The notes below the pieces were generated by a model. The model did not search any database, was not told where the DNA came from, and saw only the letters and a list, made by a program, of their open reading frames with translations. From Chara braunii (taxonomy: Eukaryota > Plantae > Charophyceae), in the NCBI GenBank assembly GCA_003427395.1, contig BFEA01000011.1:508991-572990 (forward strand): 64,000 bases of DNA. Reading direction: 5' to 3'. Shown piece after piece: positions 24,211-38,231 of this stretch. Both the position numbers and the translations under genes were made by a program. Numbering within the stretch: position 1 is the stretch's first letter; every line of letters starts with the position of its first letter.

Positions 24211-24441
24211 TAAGCACTCCCTCCCGGGCGTACTGATGGTGCTATGAAAGGATGATATTTAGGAATGGGGAGGTAAAATAGGGAGACCTTGGTGAGGGGT
24301 CTGAAATAATGCTCATCCAGGGTATAATTTGACCTGACCGAGAGGGCCGTGCGGTGCTCTCTTATGAAAACAAGAATCGGGTGTTGGAAAAACACGATGG
24401 TGCGGTGACTGTCGTCTCGAATCTATTCCAGCGGCGCGAAA

Positions 24442-26290
24442 ATGCCGGTAGATGTGAAGGATGGTGCGGTGACTGTCGTCTCCAATCTATTCCAGCGGCC
24501 CGGAAATGTCGGTAGATGTAAAGGACGGGTATCGGTCATCCTCCCGGAAGAGGGAAAGTGGACAAACGTAGAGTCAGCCTATCAAACTGTAATGCTGGAC
24601 GAGGAGTTTCCTCTGGATAAAGACGATATGGACTAAGGTCAGTTTAACGAGATTGTCACTAAGCTTGACGGATTTGGAATTTCGCGGGACGGTGGAAGCC
24701 TGAGGGTGGGTCTACTTGTCCTAGGATGGGAAAAATGCTATGGTTGTGGACTTGGTGCTGGGAACCGCTCCGGACAAACTGTTTAGGCAGGTGAAAAGGG
24801 AAGTTGTGTGGGAAGCATGTCAGCGGGCGGAGATGAAAATGGATAGGGTAGATGTGCGAGTGGAACTCGGGGATAGTGGGAACGTGAGACGACCCTTCAG
24901 AACGATGAGATGTGTGTTATCTCCCTTTTTGGTGGATGCGGTCTTCGAGACCCGGAGTAGGTTGATACAGATATGCCAGTCCATGACAAACCTTAGGTTA
25001 TACCAGTGCGCCAGGCATGACTTCTTCCGGCTGTCGGTAGAAATTGGGCCCTTTGAAGGAAATTGGGCGAGGGAACTGGCTGAGATGTTGAATTGTCTTA
25101 GCATAGACAATGTCTATGTCCCTAGCCCGGTACATTGGGGGATAGTTTACAGAAATGTGGCAGTAGGGAAAACCTTTCTGGAAGGAGTGAGGGAATTGTT
25201 CTACGACGAAGAGGATGACGTCAGTGGCGACGATGAGGGGGATGAGATAGAGGACTAAGATTTGGGGGGAAATGAGTAGTCGGCGTTGTGCAGGAAAAAA
25301 TAATGGTTAGGGAGCAACTGCTGATGGACTGCACTTTCAAAGGATGAAAGCCAAGGCGACTCAGGGGGGGGGTAAAAATGCCTATACCAGCGGAAAACGA
25401 ATGAAGAGGAACCACGTGTGATTGGGTTGGATTTGAAGTTGCCCTGGAACTATCGTACCTCTGGATAGAACGGATCTGGAACCCAATAAGGGAAGAGGAA
25501 GGAAAGGACGAGATAGCGGAAGGAAAGGTGGAATCAATCGGAACGATCGTTCTTTCCAAGATGGGGTGACACTTATTTTGCATTGCGCTAGCGACAAGAC
25601 ATGATCCGATGTGGCTTCGGGGAAATGCAGAGGCAAGGACCTGAAAGGAAGGCGATAGGTTTGCTAACAAAGGGTGGGATGAGGTGGGAAGTATCGCTTC
25701 CAGCAAGCTTCGAAGTCCGAGGAATCGACGTAGAATGGCAGACCATGACTTTGGGGAGGGACAACGCCTTCGTAATGGTGAAATGTTTGTGGACCGGGAT
25801 GCGGTTTAACCGGGGACCTGGGGATGACCTATACTCCAATTTGGAAATAATCGGGACTTTGTACCTAGCCGAAGTTGGATGGCACTCGCTGAGGATCGGA
25901 ATAGCGCAGGGTCACGAGCTAGCCTCAATCTTTCGGAGGGTCGTCCGGGTATTGACACGGATAGGCTAAGCAATCCGGGCAGGAGGAACGTTGGCTTACG
26001 GACCAGGATGGAATTGGGGAGTTGGTGAGGGTTTAGTGCACCAGCAACCCCGCTAAGATGTCAGGTCCCCCAATTTATGATAGACCTCATCTTTGGGAGC
26101 CTTTCATGGGCACAAGATCTGGCGGACTCAGTAACAGTATGGGTAGACCACTTCCCACCTCAAGCCATCGGGATGTTTGACGACATCTCCGTGGAGTACG
26201 GACCGTTTTGGGAGAACCAAGCCTAGGAACTGCTTGAGGTCATCAATATCCTGATATTCGGGACGTCATGGTTAGCCTATGCGGAATATG
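24442..26290 (+). pseudogene. Accessory ORFs upstream of gag, unknown function
   Basis: Sense-strand protein-like ORFs at 24442-24636, 24740-25258 (acidic tail) and 25601-25969, plus disrupted continuations. Confidence 0.45.
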
Positions 26291-27719
26291 AGCACATAAT
26301 CCGGAGAGAGATTGAGATAAGGGAAAACTATTTAGCAGGAGTGGCTCAACTGTTCGACGAGCCTGCGGAGCCGGAAGGACCGAGGGGCGGCGAGGGGACG
26401 AGAGCGAGACTAGCATTAGGTGACCAAACCAGCACAGCAAAGTTGGTAATACTTGGTATAATACTACTACATAAGGGGCCTTGTTAAGATAAAAAGGGGA
26501 GCGTCAGATTAAGACGACCAAATATGCCGCTGCAAGGCAAAAAAAAGATGGTAAGAACGCGTAGTCTGAAAAGTGGGGAGGGGCGCCTCGCAGGTACATT
26601 TGTAGTAGGAACCTCCACAGCAGTGTCCCAACGGGTTTCGAACGACCAGAAGGGGTACGTAAATTTTAGGGTTCGAGGCGTGATGGAGAACCCCTATGCG
26701 GCTGAAAGGAGGTGCCAATCGGCAGGCATCCGGAGCAGGACTAAAAATGGATGTCTGGAATGAGGAAATAAACGGTTCCTCTTGTCCTTCCCGCATATGG
26801 CAGGGGTAGGTGAGACTATTGAAGCTGCCAAACGAACGAAAGATGAGAATGGGTACCAGGTAGGGAGGGCATTGGAATGTGTAAGGCGCTATAATCACGA
26901 GAGGGGGCATGCTCGGCTAGGGCAGATCCTTCGTGATGGATGCGAACCTTACTTATCTACCCACAGGGAAGATTGAACATTCCTAAATATCAAACAAAGA
27001 CGCGGTCTCGAAAAAAAAAACTGCTACCAATAGACCTTCGTTCGCCGGGAGGTAGTATTAGCGGAACCTGCATTTCGTGGAAATTAATGCGGGGATAAGA
27101 CCACGATAACCATCATGCCCGAGAAGTTGAAACCCTCCTTAAAAACGAGAGGAAAATGCACACTGAAGAAGGAGCAGGAACCTTCTTCGACAAGGCGTAC
27201 GGTCGAAAACTTTGCGTGCCCTTTAAGGCATACTAGAACACTCTAGAGAGTTTGTCAAACTAGGGAATTGAGTACTATTCCATAAACCGACGGGGGAGCA
27301 GACCAATTACGGTTTTTTCCTAGAAGGTGGTCGAACGACTGGATTGGGAAAGCTACTTTAAATAAGGTGATCCGAAAAATGTAGGGCCCATAAAACCTAA
27401 AATCCTAAGCAACATGTGGCCGAAAATTTTTTCCTCTGCTTTATGCATATCCAGGCAAAATGACAACAGGGGACGAGACAGACAACCGCAAGAGCGAGGG
27501 AGGACAAGACGTAGGAGCTAGCGTTGTACAAAGCGAGGGGGGTCAGAGGGACAGGGAATTAACAAACCCGGACATGACTTAGGTAAATAGGAAGGAACTC
27601 TCGTCGGGAGAAAGCTCGGGAAAAGTCGAGGGAAGCAAACGAGGGACCCAGGAAACCAGGGATGGTAGAGGTAAAAAAGGATCGGGGCCGCAAAATTCGG
27701 ATGGGCTGTATCAAAGAAA

Positions 27720-29738
27720 GTGAGAGTCACGAACTCGCGACACAAGCTAGCGGAGATAGAGAAGAGGATCGCGAAATATGAGGCAAGGTTGATTGAGGAG
27801 ATGATGACCGGAAGCGAGGAGGACCTTCCGAGGGAAGGACTGCGTGATGAACGGAAGACCAGCCAAGGCGGAATTAGGCAGGGGGGTAAGGATAGTGATC
27901 ACGAAAGGACGCCCAACAAGAGAGGGAAAGAGAGGGGCGACTCTCCTGGAGTAGAAGCGGAAAAAACTACAAACCCGCCAACCATAGACAGCAGGGTTAT
28001 TCGTCTACCGACTGCACCAATAGTTATGTGGGGGTGCGAAGGACTCGGGAGTCTTAGGGAAAGGGTATTGGGATGGTTCGACCCGGAGGGGACCGCAAAA
28101 GTCGGAGAGAGACAAAGGGCAAGCAAGGAGGGACAGGGTAGTGTGGCCGGTGGGACCAGCAGATTCGAAGGTGGCCTAAAGAAGATGGTGTCATCTCTCA
28201 CGCGAGCACTAAATAAGAGTGAAGGATACCTTGCAGACGCTAATAAAAAGTTGACTTTTGACGGAGCAAATATCACGGATTTCATAATAGATTACGAGAA
28301 CCTGGCAGCATTACTAAAATGGAGTGAAGAAGAGAAGATGGATCACCGAGGGCAGCATGTGTCGCTTAGCGTGGGGCGAGACATAATAGCGATCGTCGCC
28401 CCCAACAGGTCTTGGAAGAAAACCCGGGATGTGATTATGAGGAAATACCTGGCGGTATAAAAAATGGCAACGGAAACCGAATTAGCGGCAGTACAAAGGA
28501 AGAACTTCGCCACGTACAATGACTTCCTAAGAGAATTTACCCTGGTGGCGTTAAGAATCCCGGGGATAACGTACCGAATAATGAGCAAGTATTTCCTCAG
28601 GCAGTTTTTCGAGTTCGACAAGGACAAAATTTTGTCATCATACCAGCTGACGAGCAAATCCGTGAACACGAGGGATGTTGATTTCAGTACGGTAACAGAC
28701 CTTGCCGAGAAAATGGTAGTGACCGAGTCGTTGACCTTGCTTAAGGATGGAGAAGTCATAGATCTAAACGGCAAGACAGGAAATAAGGTGAAAAGGGGGA
28801 TAGAAAGCCTACATGAACATGTGCATGGGGTCGACAATAAGATAGAAATGGTGGAGAATGCACTAATGGTAATGCAGACGTAAGTATCCCAACCCTCCCT
28901 CACTCTTTAAGAAACCATGGTCCCAGCGGGAGTGCCCAACCGAGGATTCAATAGGAGAGACCCTGCCAATGAGCACTGCAGATACTGCACAGCGATCGGA
29001 CACTTTGTGCGAGCTTGCCTGAAACTCAACCACAATATCATGACGAAAAGGTACACCAGGTCACTAAAAGAGAAAATTTTTGGACCTCGGGGAGAACGAG
29101 TAACCTGGAACTCGCCTGGAGGGATGGGGCGTGCTATTATTGTCCTCAACGATTTGGAAATAGCAGCAATAGAGGCCGAACCAGTAGTCGAAATCATCTG
29201 GGACCAACCCCGAGGGCCCGGGACGCAAGTTAACGTTATCGTAGAAAGTGACGGACACGGTAGGGCGAACTCGACTACTCGAAAGGGAATGGCGGGGAGA
29301 AGGGTTATATGTGATACAGTGATGGAGGAAGTTGCTAGAGGCACCACGATCCAAGCAGAGCCCGAGACCGGGGAGCCAGAGAAAGTTTACGGAAGACCTA
29401 CGGAAGAACTGCCTACGGACAAAGCCACGACAACAAAGAAGAAATTCAGGTATCAGATTTCAATCCTAACCATACCAGAGATCGACGACACTCTTAGCAA
29501 GTTGTTGGGAACCATGGTATCGGTGTCTTTTCAGACCATGTTACAAGCAAGTCCTAGAATGCTCAAAGAGCTTAGGCAACTATTGACTCGTCAACGACTG
29601 GAGATAGACGAAACTCCGAAATCACAGGAAGAGGAAAAGGAGGAGGAAACTTCGCAAGAAGTCGCAAAAGATTTCTGGAGATTTAGAGGATTTAGAAAAG
29701 GCCTTCACAGACATCCGCCTCAGCTTACCAGATCGTGA
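27720..29738 (+). pseudogene. Gypsy gag, disrupted
   Basis: FDGANITDFIIDYENLA (capsid-like). Zinc knuckle CRYCTAIGHFVRAC. Stops and frameshifts at 28460 and ~28883. Confidence 0.85.
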
Positions 29739-29751
29739 AGGCGGGGAAGTC

Positions 29752-32700
29752 ATGAGAGCGCCGCCCAGAACAAAGCTTAATTTTCATGTGTTGCCCGTAG
29801 GAAAGCTAAAGGTACAAATCGAGACTCATCACACAGACGCTCTAGTAGATGGAGGTGCGAAAATCACACTTATAAGGGGAAATTTCGCAATGATTACCAG
29901 CTGTGTAGTTAATAGGGAGGTAATGAGGAGCATTCGGGGAGCCGGTGGCGACATCCCGTTCTCAGGAAATGTCACCAAATGCGCAGTCAAGGCAGGCGTC
30001 CGAGAGTCAATCTGGTCGTTTCAGCGCATGACTGTGCTGGACGAAATGGATCACGACATAATCCTCGGAAGACCCTGGTGTGCCAATGTAGAAATGATAG
30101 GGATGCATCTGCATGATGGATCATCATTACATTCAATTTTTGCAGATCTTGAATTCAACTTAGTGTCTTGTTGGGTTTTCGAACAACGAACCACCTGTTC
30201 GCATAAGGAGACACAGTAGGCTCTGCGACGAAGGAGCTCATTTTTGCTCTGAGTAATTTCGTTACTTCCCCAGCTATCCCGAACTCGTAGGTTGACCCTT
30301 TGTCTTTTTAACACTCATGCTCTACCGTGTGGATCCTAACTGGAGAGATTAGCTTTGCATCTAACCGCCCTTTTCTATCATCGTTAAAGGCGAAGGCCAG
30401 ATGAAACTCCTGGTACGTCTTTTTGATTAAAAGGATTTTTTCCTTCGTTAAGAACCCGTTTATTCCTATTTTCATGGTGTCGGCCACCTCATTCGATATC
30501 CGATGCCCTTCCGTCGCTCGTCTTTCTCGGATTACACGTAGAACATCTTCTTCCGTTTCCATAACCTCATCCTTGGATGTTTCTAGTAGGATTGAGACCG
30601 ACTTAGTTGAGGATTTCAAGTACGACTTCTGGTACCTCCTTCCGCACTTCTCTTAGCTTGGGCAAACTGACCCCAAGTTCAACCTCCGTTTCCTTTTCCG
30701 CCACCATGACGCCTAAGGCCTCGTCTTCCGGCCTCCTTTTCTTCTGAGGCAAACCCATCTTAATCCATTCTTTCTTACTGAATGTCTCCTCAATTATGAT
30801 TTTCATCCTTTCTTTCATTCTCTCCATTCGAGCGAAAACCCCCTTTTGAGCGCTATCTTCGAATGACGATGACTATGTTGCCAGTTTTCCTTTAGGAGGG
30901 TCTCCTCCGGTCCCAATGAGTCGGAGGAGTTCTCCATGGCCAGTTACCGGGTCCTCTAAGTCTACCATGTACTACCTCAGGCCGACTTGTTGGCAGAATC
31001 GGAGCATTTACTCCTTGGCAGACTTCTATTCAGGATACGATTAGCTCCCATTGGACGCTCAGGACAGACTGTACACCACAATGCATACTCTCGTTGACAG
31101 TTGTAGATGCAGGTAACTCCTATGGGCTTTACGAACGTCGTGGCCGAGACACAACGAAGGATGCTTGTCGTAGTCGGGGACATGTTCCCAGAGAAATGTG
31201 AATCCTACATCGATGACAACCCGATCAAAGACGCTCAAAAGAAGGACGAAACGGAAGTCTGGCCAGGAATTCGAAAATCCGTGTGGGACCATCTACAGGA
31301 CATCAAAAACTTACTCCACCGATACCTAGTATACAATATCACTGTTAGCGGACCAAAGAGTATTCTGGCAGTTCCAGAGGTCACTATATTGGGATTTCGC
31401 TGTGGGGTCTTTGGGAGGAAGCCGGACCCGACAAAACCCGATAAGATATCCCTATGGCCAACGCCCTTGCGCACGACAACAGAGGTAAGAGTTTTCTTAG
31501 GGGTAGTCGACTTTTAGAGAATATTTATTAAAAATTTTGCCAAGATTGTCGAGCCTATCCGCACCATGATTAGAGAAGAATGAACCATGTATTGGACTGA
31601 GGAACGAGAGGCCGCCACCCAAACACTCAAAGATATACTGACGTCGGAACAAGTCACCTTGACAGCACCTTGTTTTAACGACGAAGTTGGACGGTCGTTT
31701 ATCCTCGAAACTGACAGAGGACCCCAAAGGCGAGGAGGGAAAAGAACGACCAATTAGGTTCGAAAGTAGGACCCTCAACTCGGGGGAACGACGATACTCC
31801 CCGTTTAAAAAGGAGGTCCTGGTCGTTCAACATTGCCTCAAGACCTTCCAAGCCTAACTATTTGGGAGACGCTTTATTCTAAGGATCGATCCGATCAATG
31901 TCGCAAGGGCTTTAAAAAAATATAATCCTATAGATCCGACTGTTGGAAGATGGGTAGGCTTCATATATGGCAGTTCAATTACAAAATCGAACGAATTGTT
32001 GGGCTTAGGAACAAGGTCGATGAGCTAAGTCGGGTTTGCATCATACCCGAAGGGGTGGAGGATGCGGAACCCATCGACACTTTCCTGAAATACAAAGGAG
32101 GAACCGTCGTACTGGATAACGAAATGATGAGCAAAGTGTGCGCGTCAGGGGAATTGTTGATTCAGACATTGGAAAAAGGAGCACCCGCTGTAGTTGCGGC
32201 ACTCAGGGAAGGACCAACCACTATACAAGGGTGCAAAGAAGAGAAGTATTCGTGAGGAGCAACAGTGGTTCTGAGGGAGGAATTGATAGCGATGGCCGTT
32301 GAAGGAGGCCGAAAAACCGTAATGAGTTTAGTAGAGTCTTGGGAAAGGGAGGAGCTGCAGCAGTTGGTGAACCAAACACAAGAGGGACATGGTGAGGATC
32401 AAGAAGGAAAGAAGTTTTTCTACGTTCAGATGTATGAGGAGATCTTTCGAGAGATCGAATTGTTGCCGGTAGGGAACAAGCAACCCATGGAGTCAGCTTT
32501 AAAGCAAGAGAGGAGGCCGAAAGACATGTCCTAAGGAATGACCATCCGTTCAAAAGGGAGGATGGTGTGTTGCCTAGGAGAGTCTTGTGCGGGAGGTCTA
32601 GGCAGCTGAACGTAATCCAGGTGATGCATGACGAACTAGCTGGGGGACATCGATTGTCCAAAGGGACCCTTGCAAAAATAGTGTCCCTTTACTTTTGGCC

Positions 32701-33732
32701 AGGCATGGCGAGTATGGTGGTCATCTACTGTTAGACATGTCTAATCTGTCGGGAAAGCAGTTTGGTCCGCGTTTTCGAGCCACTTAGACCAACAAGGGTG
32801 CTAGGGCTAGGGCATCTGGTCCATCTCTACCTTGCGGTCATGCCTGTATCAACAGATGGATACAGGTATATTCTGGATGCGAGGGACAACTTGAGTGGGT
32901 TTGTGGAGGCAGTTGCCCTAAAAAAAAGACGACAGAAATGGTAGCGGACTGGATAGAGGATTTCTACTTGAGGCATCCCTTCATCAGGAGGTTCATAGCA
33001 GATAATGAAACTGAATTTATAAACCAGGAAGTGTTAGGTATGCTTAAGAGGATCTGCGTACCTATCAAGCTCATCGAGCCGTATCACCCCGAGGCTAATG
33101 CACCTGTGGAAAGGGGACACCGGACCTTGAAGAATACAATCGCGAAGTTGGCGGCAGATGACCTTGGGAGTTGGTCTAGGTACCTTAAGCAGGCAGTCTT
33201 CTCAGAGAACAATACCCCAAAGAGGACGATGGGGTGTATTTGAGCGGGACCATGGTATGGGAGAGAGATCGACTTCCCTGTGGAAGCCTTGATACCCACC
33301 TGGAACAAGTTAGATGACGATCCGCACATGACCACGAAAGAGCTAATTGAAGCAGGGTGTCAATAGTTCCTTCGAAACGAGGAGGTCATGGAGGATACTG
33401 TCAACCGGGTACTGCATAGTAGGATGAGGGACAAAGCAAGGTAGGACCCGGTCAAGAATATCTGGAAATAGCCTCTCTAGGTGGGGGAAATGGTATTGGT
33501 TAGAAACTTGACACTGGAAAGCACGTGGTCTGGACAGTTGGGGAGGAGGTTCAAAGGCCCCTACCGGATTGCTAAGCGTGTCGGATTGAACACCGAATTC
33601 GAAGATTTGGATGAAACTGGATTGAAAGGACCCTTCCCAGGGCAACGACTGGTCAGGTTTTTAAGTCGAGATCCAGTGGAACAATGGTTGCAGGAGGCCC
33701 AGAATAAGGAAACTAAGGGGCCGACAAACTGA
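29752..33732 (+). pseudogene. Gypsy pol (protease, RT, RNase H, integrase), disrupted and partly inverted
   Basis: ALVDGGAKITLI/DIILGRPW (protease). PMGFTN, YIDDNPIK, VTILGF (RT). FILETD, RFESRTL (RNase H). MHDELAGGH...C..C, FIADNETEF, YHPEANAPVERGH, FKGPYRI (integrase). Confidence 0.92.
30123..30972 (-). other. Inverted pol segment (protease-RT linker and RT N-terminus)
   Basis: The minus strand reads YMVDLEDPVTG...FHLAFAFNDDRKGRL...SPYANRWFVVRKPNKTL..IQDLQKLN. This continues LHDGS at 30122 and leads into LPQADLLAES at 30973. Confidence 0.88.
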
Positions 33733-33927
33733 GAATTGACGACCGTCTTATATGTACTATGTTTTGTCCTTTGTTTTGACTACGGCTGTGGGGTTTTCTT
33801 TTTTTTTGGGGGGGGGTAACTGTTGGCGCTGATTGACAAATGGGTGAGGGATGTCTTGAAACCATGTACCATAAGTTTTGTGGGTGTAACAAGATGATCA
33901 CAACTGCGGCATCTAAGTGGAGGGACA

Positions 33928-34725
33928 ATGTATCACATAGGGTTGTGTGAGGAGTACGGGGAGCAATCTTGGGAGGCATCATCGAGCAAACTGGGGGAGT
34001 GTATGAATGAGGGGCTTGGTGAGTGTTGCTTTGTTATGTATATCAGGATAAGGGAAGAAACCTCAGAAGCAAAAATGAAGTTCGGCAACGAAAATGATAG
34101 CAATAGGATCAACAGACCCAGGGAGAGAGAAGGAACGAGACCAAGTGGGGAACAAAAAAACAAAAAGAGGAAATTGTATGTAGGGTATCTGTCCAGACAA
34201 GTACTGGGAAGAAGACCCTCGCCTATTAAAAAAGAGGAAAGGATATATATCTCATCAGGGAGTGAGAGCGAGGAAGAGAGAACGAGCTTAGGAGAAAGGG
34301 ATGAATGGAGAAGAGAAAGGGGTCAGAGCCTCGACAGGGAGGAGGCCGAAGACGGTAAGCAGTATGAGCAACGGTACGAGGAGGACGGCGAGAGACCGTA
34401 CCATCGAGTGTCAAAGACTTATGAGAAAAGAGATAGCCCCATTCAGAAAAGCAATGAAGAAGGGGACAAGGACGAGTCTCGTGAGGTCATTAATGTTAAC
34501 AGTGGGGATAAGAGGGAGGAAGTAACAAAGTCGATGAAGGAAGAACGACCGATGGTCAAAGATCCGAAGGTTAAAACCTTCAAATGGATAACAGAGTTTG
34601 GGCTAACATGCAGTCACTGGTTCAATGAATGGTCCAATATAATGAAGCATGAATGGATGGTGGAGGCTCAAAAGAAATGGAAGCTAGGGGAGCGGGTTAG
34701 GCCCAGAACATTCTTCACCGAATAA
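33928..34725 (+). pseudogene. Accessory ORF downstream of pol (charged low-complexity region and Trp-rich C-terminus)
   Basis: 265-aa open frame. The frame continues past its stop (ALAEMQRKKREIE). Confidence 0.45.
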
Positions 34726-35550
34726 GCTCTGGCGGAAATGCAAAGGAAAAAAAGAGAGATCGAGGCCTATGGTGTAAGATGAGATGCATAATCATTTCAG
34801 GCTCATCAGGAGGAAATTGAGAAACGAGGGGCCAGTGGAAGCAAGAGGCGATAGTAACAGAGTTGGAAATAAATCAGACTAGAAGCATTGTTACTATGTG
34901 ACAACCAGACTGTGCCTTTTGGGGAGAAATTGACTAGGGAATAGGTAGCTAGTTGCTACTTCGCAAATAATATTTGTTTTGACAGTCTGGTAATGAGCAC
35001 TACGGGGCCGTGAGCCTGAGTTGAGAACCGTGATTGGACGATCTTTTTTGTGGAAAACAGGAGAAAAAAAAAGTTGGAAATTATTGCAAACGTTTTCTTT
35101 TGTACAGAAAAACATGTTGGCCTCGGTTAGTTGAAGTCGTGGCATGAAATCCCAAGAGAGGTTAGGGGACCTATGGGTAACGAGGCGTAAGAATTCCTCT
35201 TCCCTAGGAGCCTAATCCAACTAAGTCATGAATGAGTCTGAAAATAGCAAGAAGCCTGAGAGGTCGGAAAGACTGAAAACAGAGAGTGTGCCTATATCCT
35301 GACGCTATGGTTGAACGGTCGGGTGGACTAGTGCTCCTTGAGGTTGCAAGCCTCAACCCGAGTGCTGGACGCTAAGTCGGGTGTATATAAGATACTAGGA
35401 CTACGACATGCATTGTCAGTTTATGGAAAAGGAAAGGTACCGCAAAAACGCACGCAAGATGACCGTTTTCTAACCCCTAAGACAAAGATGGGATCCGTGT
35501 CCTCGAGGCCCACCCCCTCGGGGGCTAACATTGAAATGGAAAAGAGTCAT

Positions 35551-35750
35551 CCTAACAAGGTCGTTCGATTGAAATGGATAAGGGCGACTGTAACAATGTC
35601 GTCCGATTGAAATGGATAAAAACGACCCTGATAAGTCCGTTCGATTGAAATGAATAAGGACGACCCTAACAAGGTTGTTCGGTGATATGGAAAAGAATGA
35701 CCCTGATAAGGTTGTTCGACCGGATATGACAAAATGACCCCTGACAAGGG
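35551..35750. repeat. ~38-bp tandem repeat, about 5-6 degenerate copies
   Basis: cct(a/g)a(c/t)aaggt(c/t)gttcgattgaaatgga.aa..acgac recurs. Confidence 0.75.
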
Positions 35751-36849
35751 TCATTTGGAAATAGTTACTAGGGTCCCCTTGCATGATTGTTTGAGAAAGG
35801 TTGAGTTTGAAGGATCTGGAGTTTGCATTGAGGAGTTGCGTGAGAATTGGAAACTGCATTGCATATCAGTGGGCCCTAGGCGGATTGGAAAAGACATGGA
35901 AAAAATAGACTTTCTTTTTTTTCTAGTCTCAGGCCTCAGCAAGAGGGGGATATCGGTGCTTGCACCGCGATCCCAGGACCTCTGTCTTTTTTGAGGGAAC
36001 GTCTCAGCGCGACCTGTTCCTCATAGAGAAAGATAAGGGCTGAAGGACGAAGACATCTTTCTCTTTGATTGATGTTCGTCGTTCGGAACTAACTTCGACA
36101 ACGAGCGCTAGTCGGGGAGTTCAAACTGTGTCTCATGTTGGGAAACTAAACGTCAAAAGATGTGGAACCAAACGGCTGAAGAAACATTCTTTGGTAGTCT
36201 CATTTGCTCTCCCCAACCACACGTCATACCGTAGAGAGGCGGCGTAACCGCTTGGGATGGACCAAGGCTGCTCGCATTAAGTTCAGCAGCACTGTCCAAA
36301 GGGAGGGGCCAGTTGATGTACCGAGTAGAGTCCACACCCACCACATAGCATTGACACCGCCCTACCGGATCATTACAACCGTTTCGGGACTAACCACGAG
36401 GTCTTCGTAACTACACTCGCAGACTAATAGAGAGCCCCAACTCTCGAGAAGGAAAGAGGTCGGATCCAAGAAAATACCACTCGGGAGGAACGATTCGTGT
36501 GGAATGCCTTTACGGCAAGACGGAGTCCTGGGAGGCTTGGATTGGACCTACCTGCCATATGTGAGACGGTTCCTCAGCAATAACATCCGTCTCGTAATAG
36601 CAAAAGGTCAGACTAGGTGTTGCCTGCCGAGGAAGGACCGATCACCCTTTCTTCTATGAGCAGGTGGGCCGACGTTCTTGAGTCAGTTGGTGGGTTGAGG
36701 TTTCATACCTCCGAGTGAGAACTGGTCGTGCGATGGGGATATCGCATTTTGAGTGGGGGAAAGGCGTGTCATCTACCGATGAAAGAGCGTGCAAAGAACA
36801 ACAGTGAAATAGATAAGGTCGCTATGGGCTCGAGAAAATTTGCACAGAT

Positions 36850-37460
36850 AATTGATTGAGTTTGGGCTTGATAAAGGTCTAGCAAGATATCCAGAAAAAG
36901 ATACATGTGAAAATTGATTGAGCTTGGGCTTGAGAAAGGTCTGGCAAGATGTCCAGAAAAAGATGCATGTGAAAATTGATTAAGCTTGGGCTTGAGAANN
37001 NNNNNNNNNNNNNNNNNNNNNNNNNNNNNNNNNNNNNNATGCATGTGAAAATTGATTAAGCTTGGGCTTGAGAAAGATCTAGCAAGATGTCCACAAAAAG
37101 ATGCATGTGAAAATTGATTGAGCTTGGGCTTGAAAAAAGTCTGGCAAGATGTCCAAAAAAAAATGCATGTGAAAATTGATTGAGTTTGGGTTTGAGAAAG
37201 ACATGGCAAGATGTCGAGAAAAAGATGCATGTGAAAACTGATTGAGCTTGGGCTTAAGAAAGGTCTGACAAGATGTCCAAAAAAAAAATGCATGTGAAAT
37301 TCGTTAAGCTTGGGCTTGAGAAAGGTCTGATAAGAATGCATGTTAAATTGATTGAGCTTGGATGCGTGTAAACTTGGTTGAGCAAGGGATTGAGAAAAGA
37401 CTAACAAAGAATCCAGAAAAGATGCATGAAAAGTGGAATGAGTTTGGGGCTTGAGGAAAG
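36850..37460. repeat. ~62-bp tandem array in the Gypsy 3' internal region
   Basis: gatgcatgtgaaaattgattgagcttgggcttgagaaaggtctggcaagatgtccagaaaaa repeated about 10 times, with a small N gap. Confidence 0.9.
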
Positions 37461-38216
37461 CCTTACAAAATCGCTTTAAAAAATCGCTTCAGAGGTGACC
37501 GAATGAGTCGTACAATGAATTGTCTAAAAAGGAGTTGACAAAGCTAGCAGAACAGATCGAGGGATTGCAAGAAATCGAGAATGACTCGAAAGGCCTAACA
37601 AAATGACCATGAAAGACGCGGGAAAAAAATGCTTAAGAATTAGCACAAGGAGTCCGGTAAGAAGCTGAGGGCATTGAGTGAAACGAACCAGATTTGAAAA
37701 ACGACTAACCCCAAACAGACACAAGGCCAGAAAAGAGGGGGACATTTTGTTTGGATAGAGGGGGAAAAGGTTGGCATAAAAAAACCGATTAAAAGAGGCA
37801 TTGAGGGGGTAGATTTCGGGAAGGAAACGTGGTCTGTAGGAGACGAAAGGCAAATCATTTGAATGGCAAGGCTTGGGGGAGAAGCATGGGCTGCAGGAGG
37901 ACAAGAAGGCTTGATGTTCTAAGGGTGATGAATGAGACGAAAGAAGTCAAAAGAAGGCTCTAAGGGTGATGAATGAGACAAAAAAAAACAAAGGAAGGTT
38001 TGATGTTCTAAGGGTGATGAATGAGACAAAAGAGGCATGAAGGAGCTCCTAAAAGAAAACATGACCCCCCGCGCACCCCTCTCCGCCCCGAGGAGCCGGA
38101 GACTAAAATAGACCTTGAGAAAGGAGCAGGAAAAAATAAAAAGGCCCCTGGCAAACTAACTACCTATCACATCCCACCCCCTCTCTCCCGGTTATCCCTC
38201 CGAAGAAGACATCACG

Positions 38217-38231
38217 AATAAGTGGGGGGAA
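38217..38231 (+). other. Polypurine tract
   Basis: aataagtggggggaa immediately precedes the 3' LTR. Confidence 0.75.
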
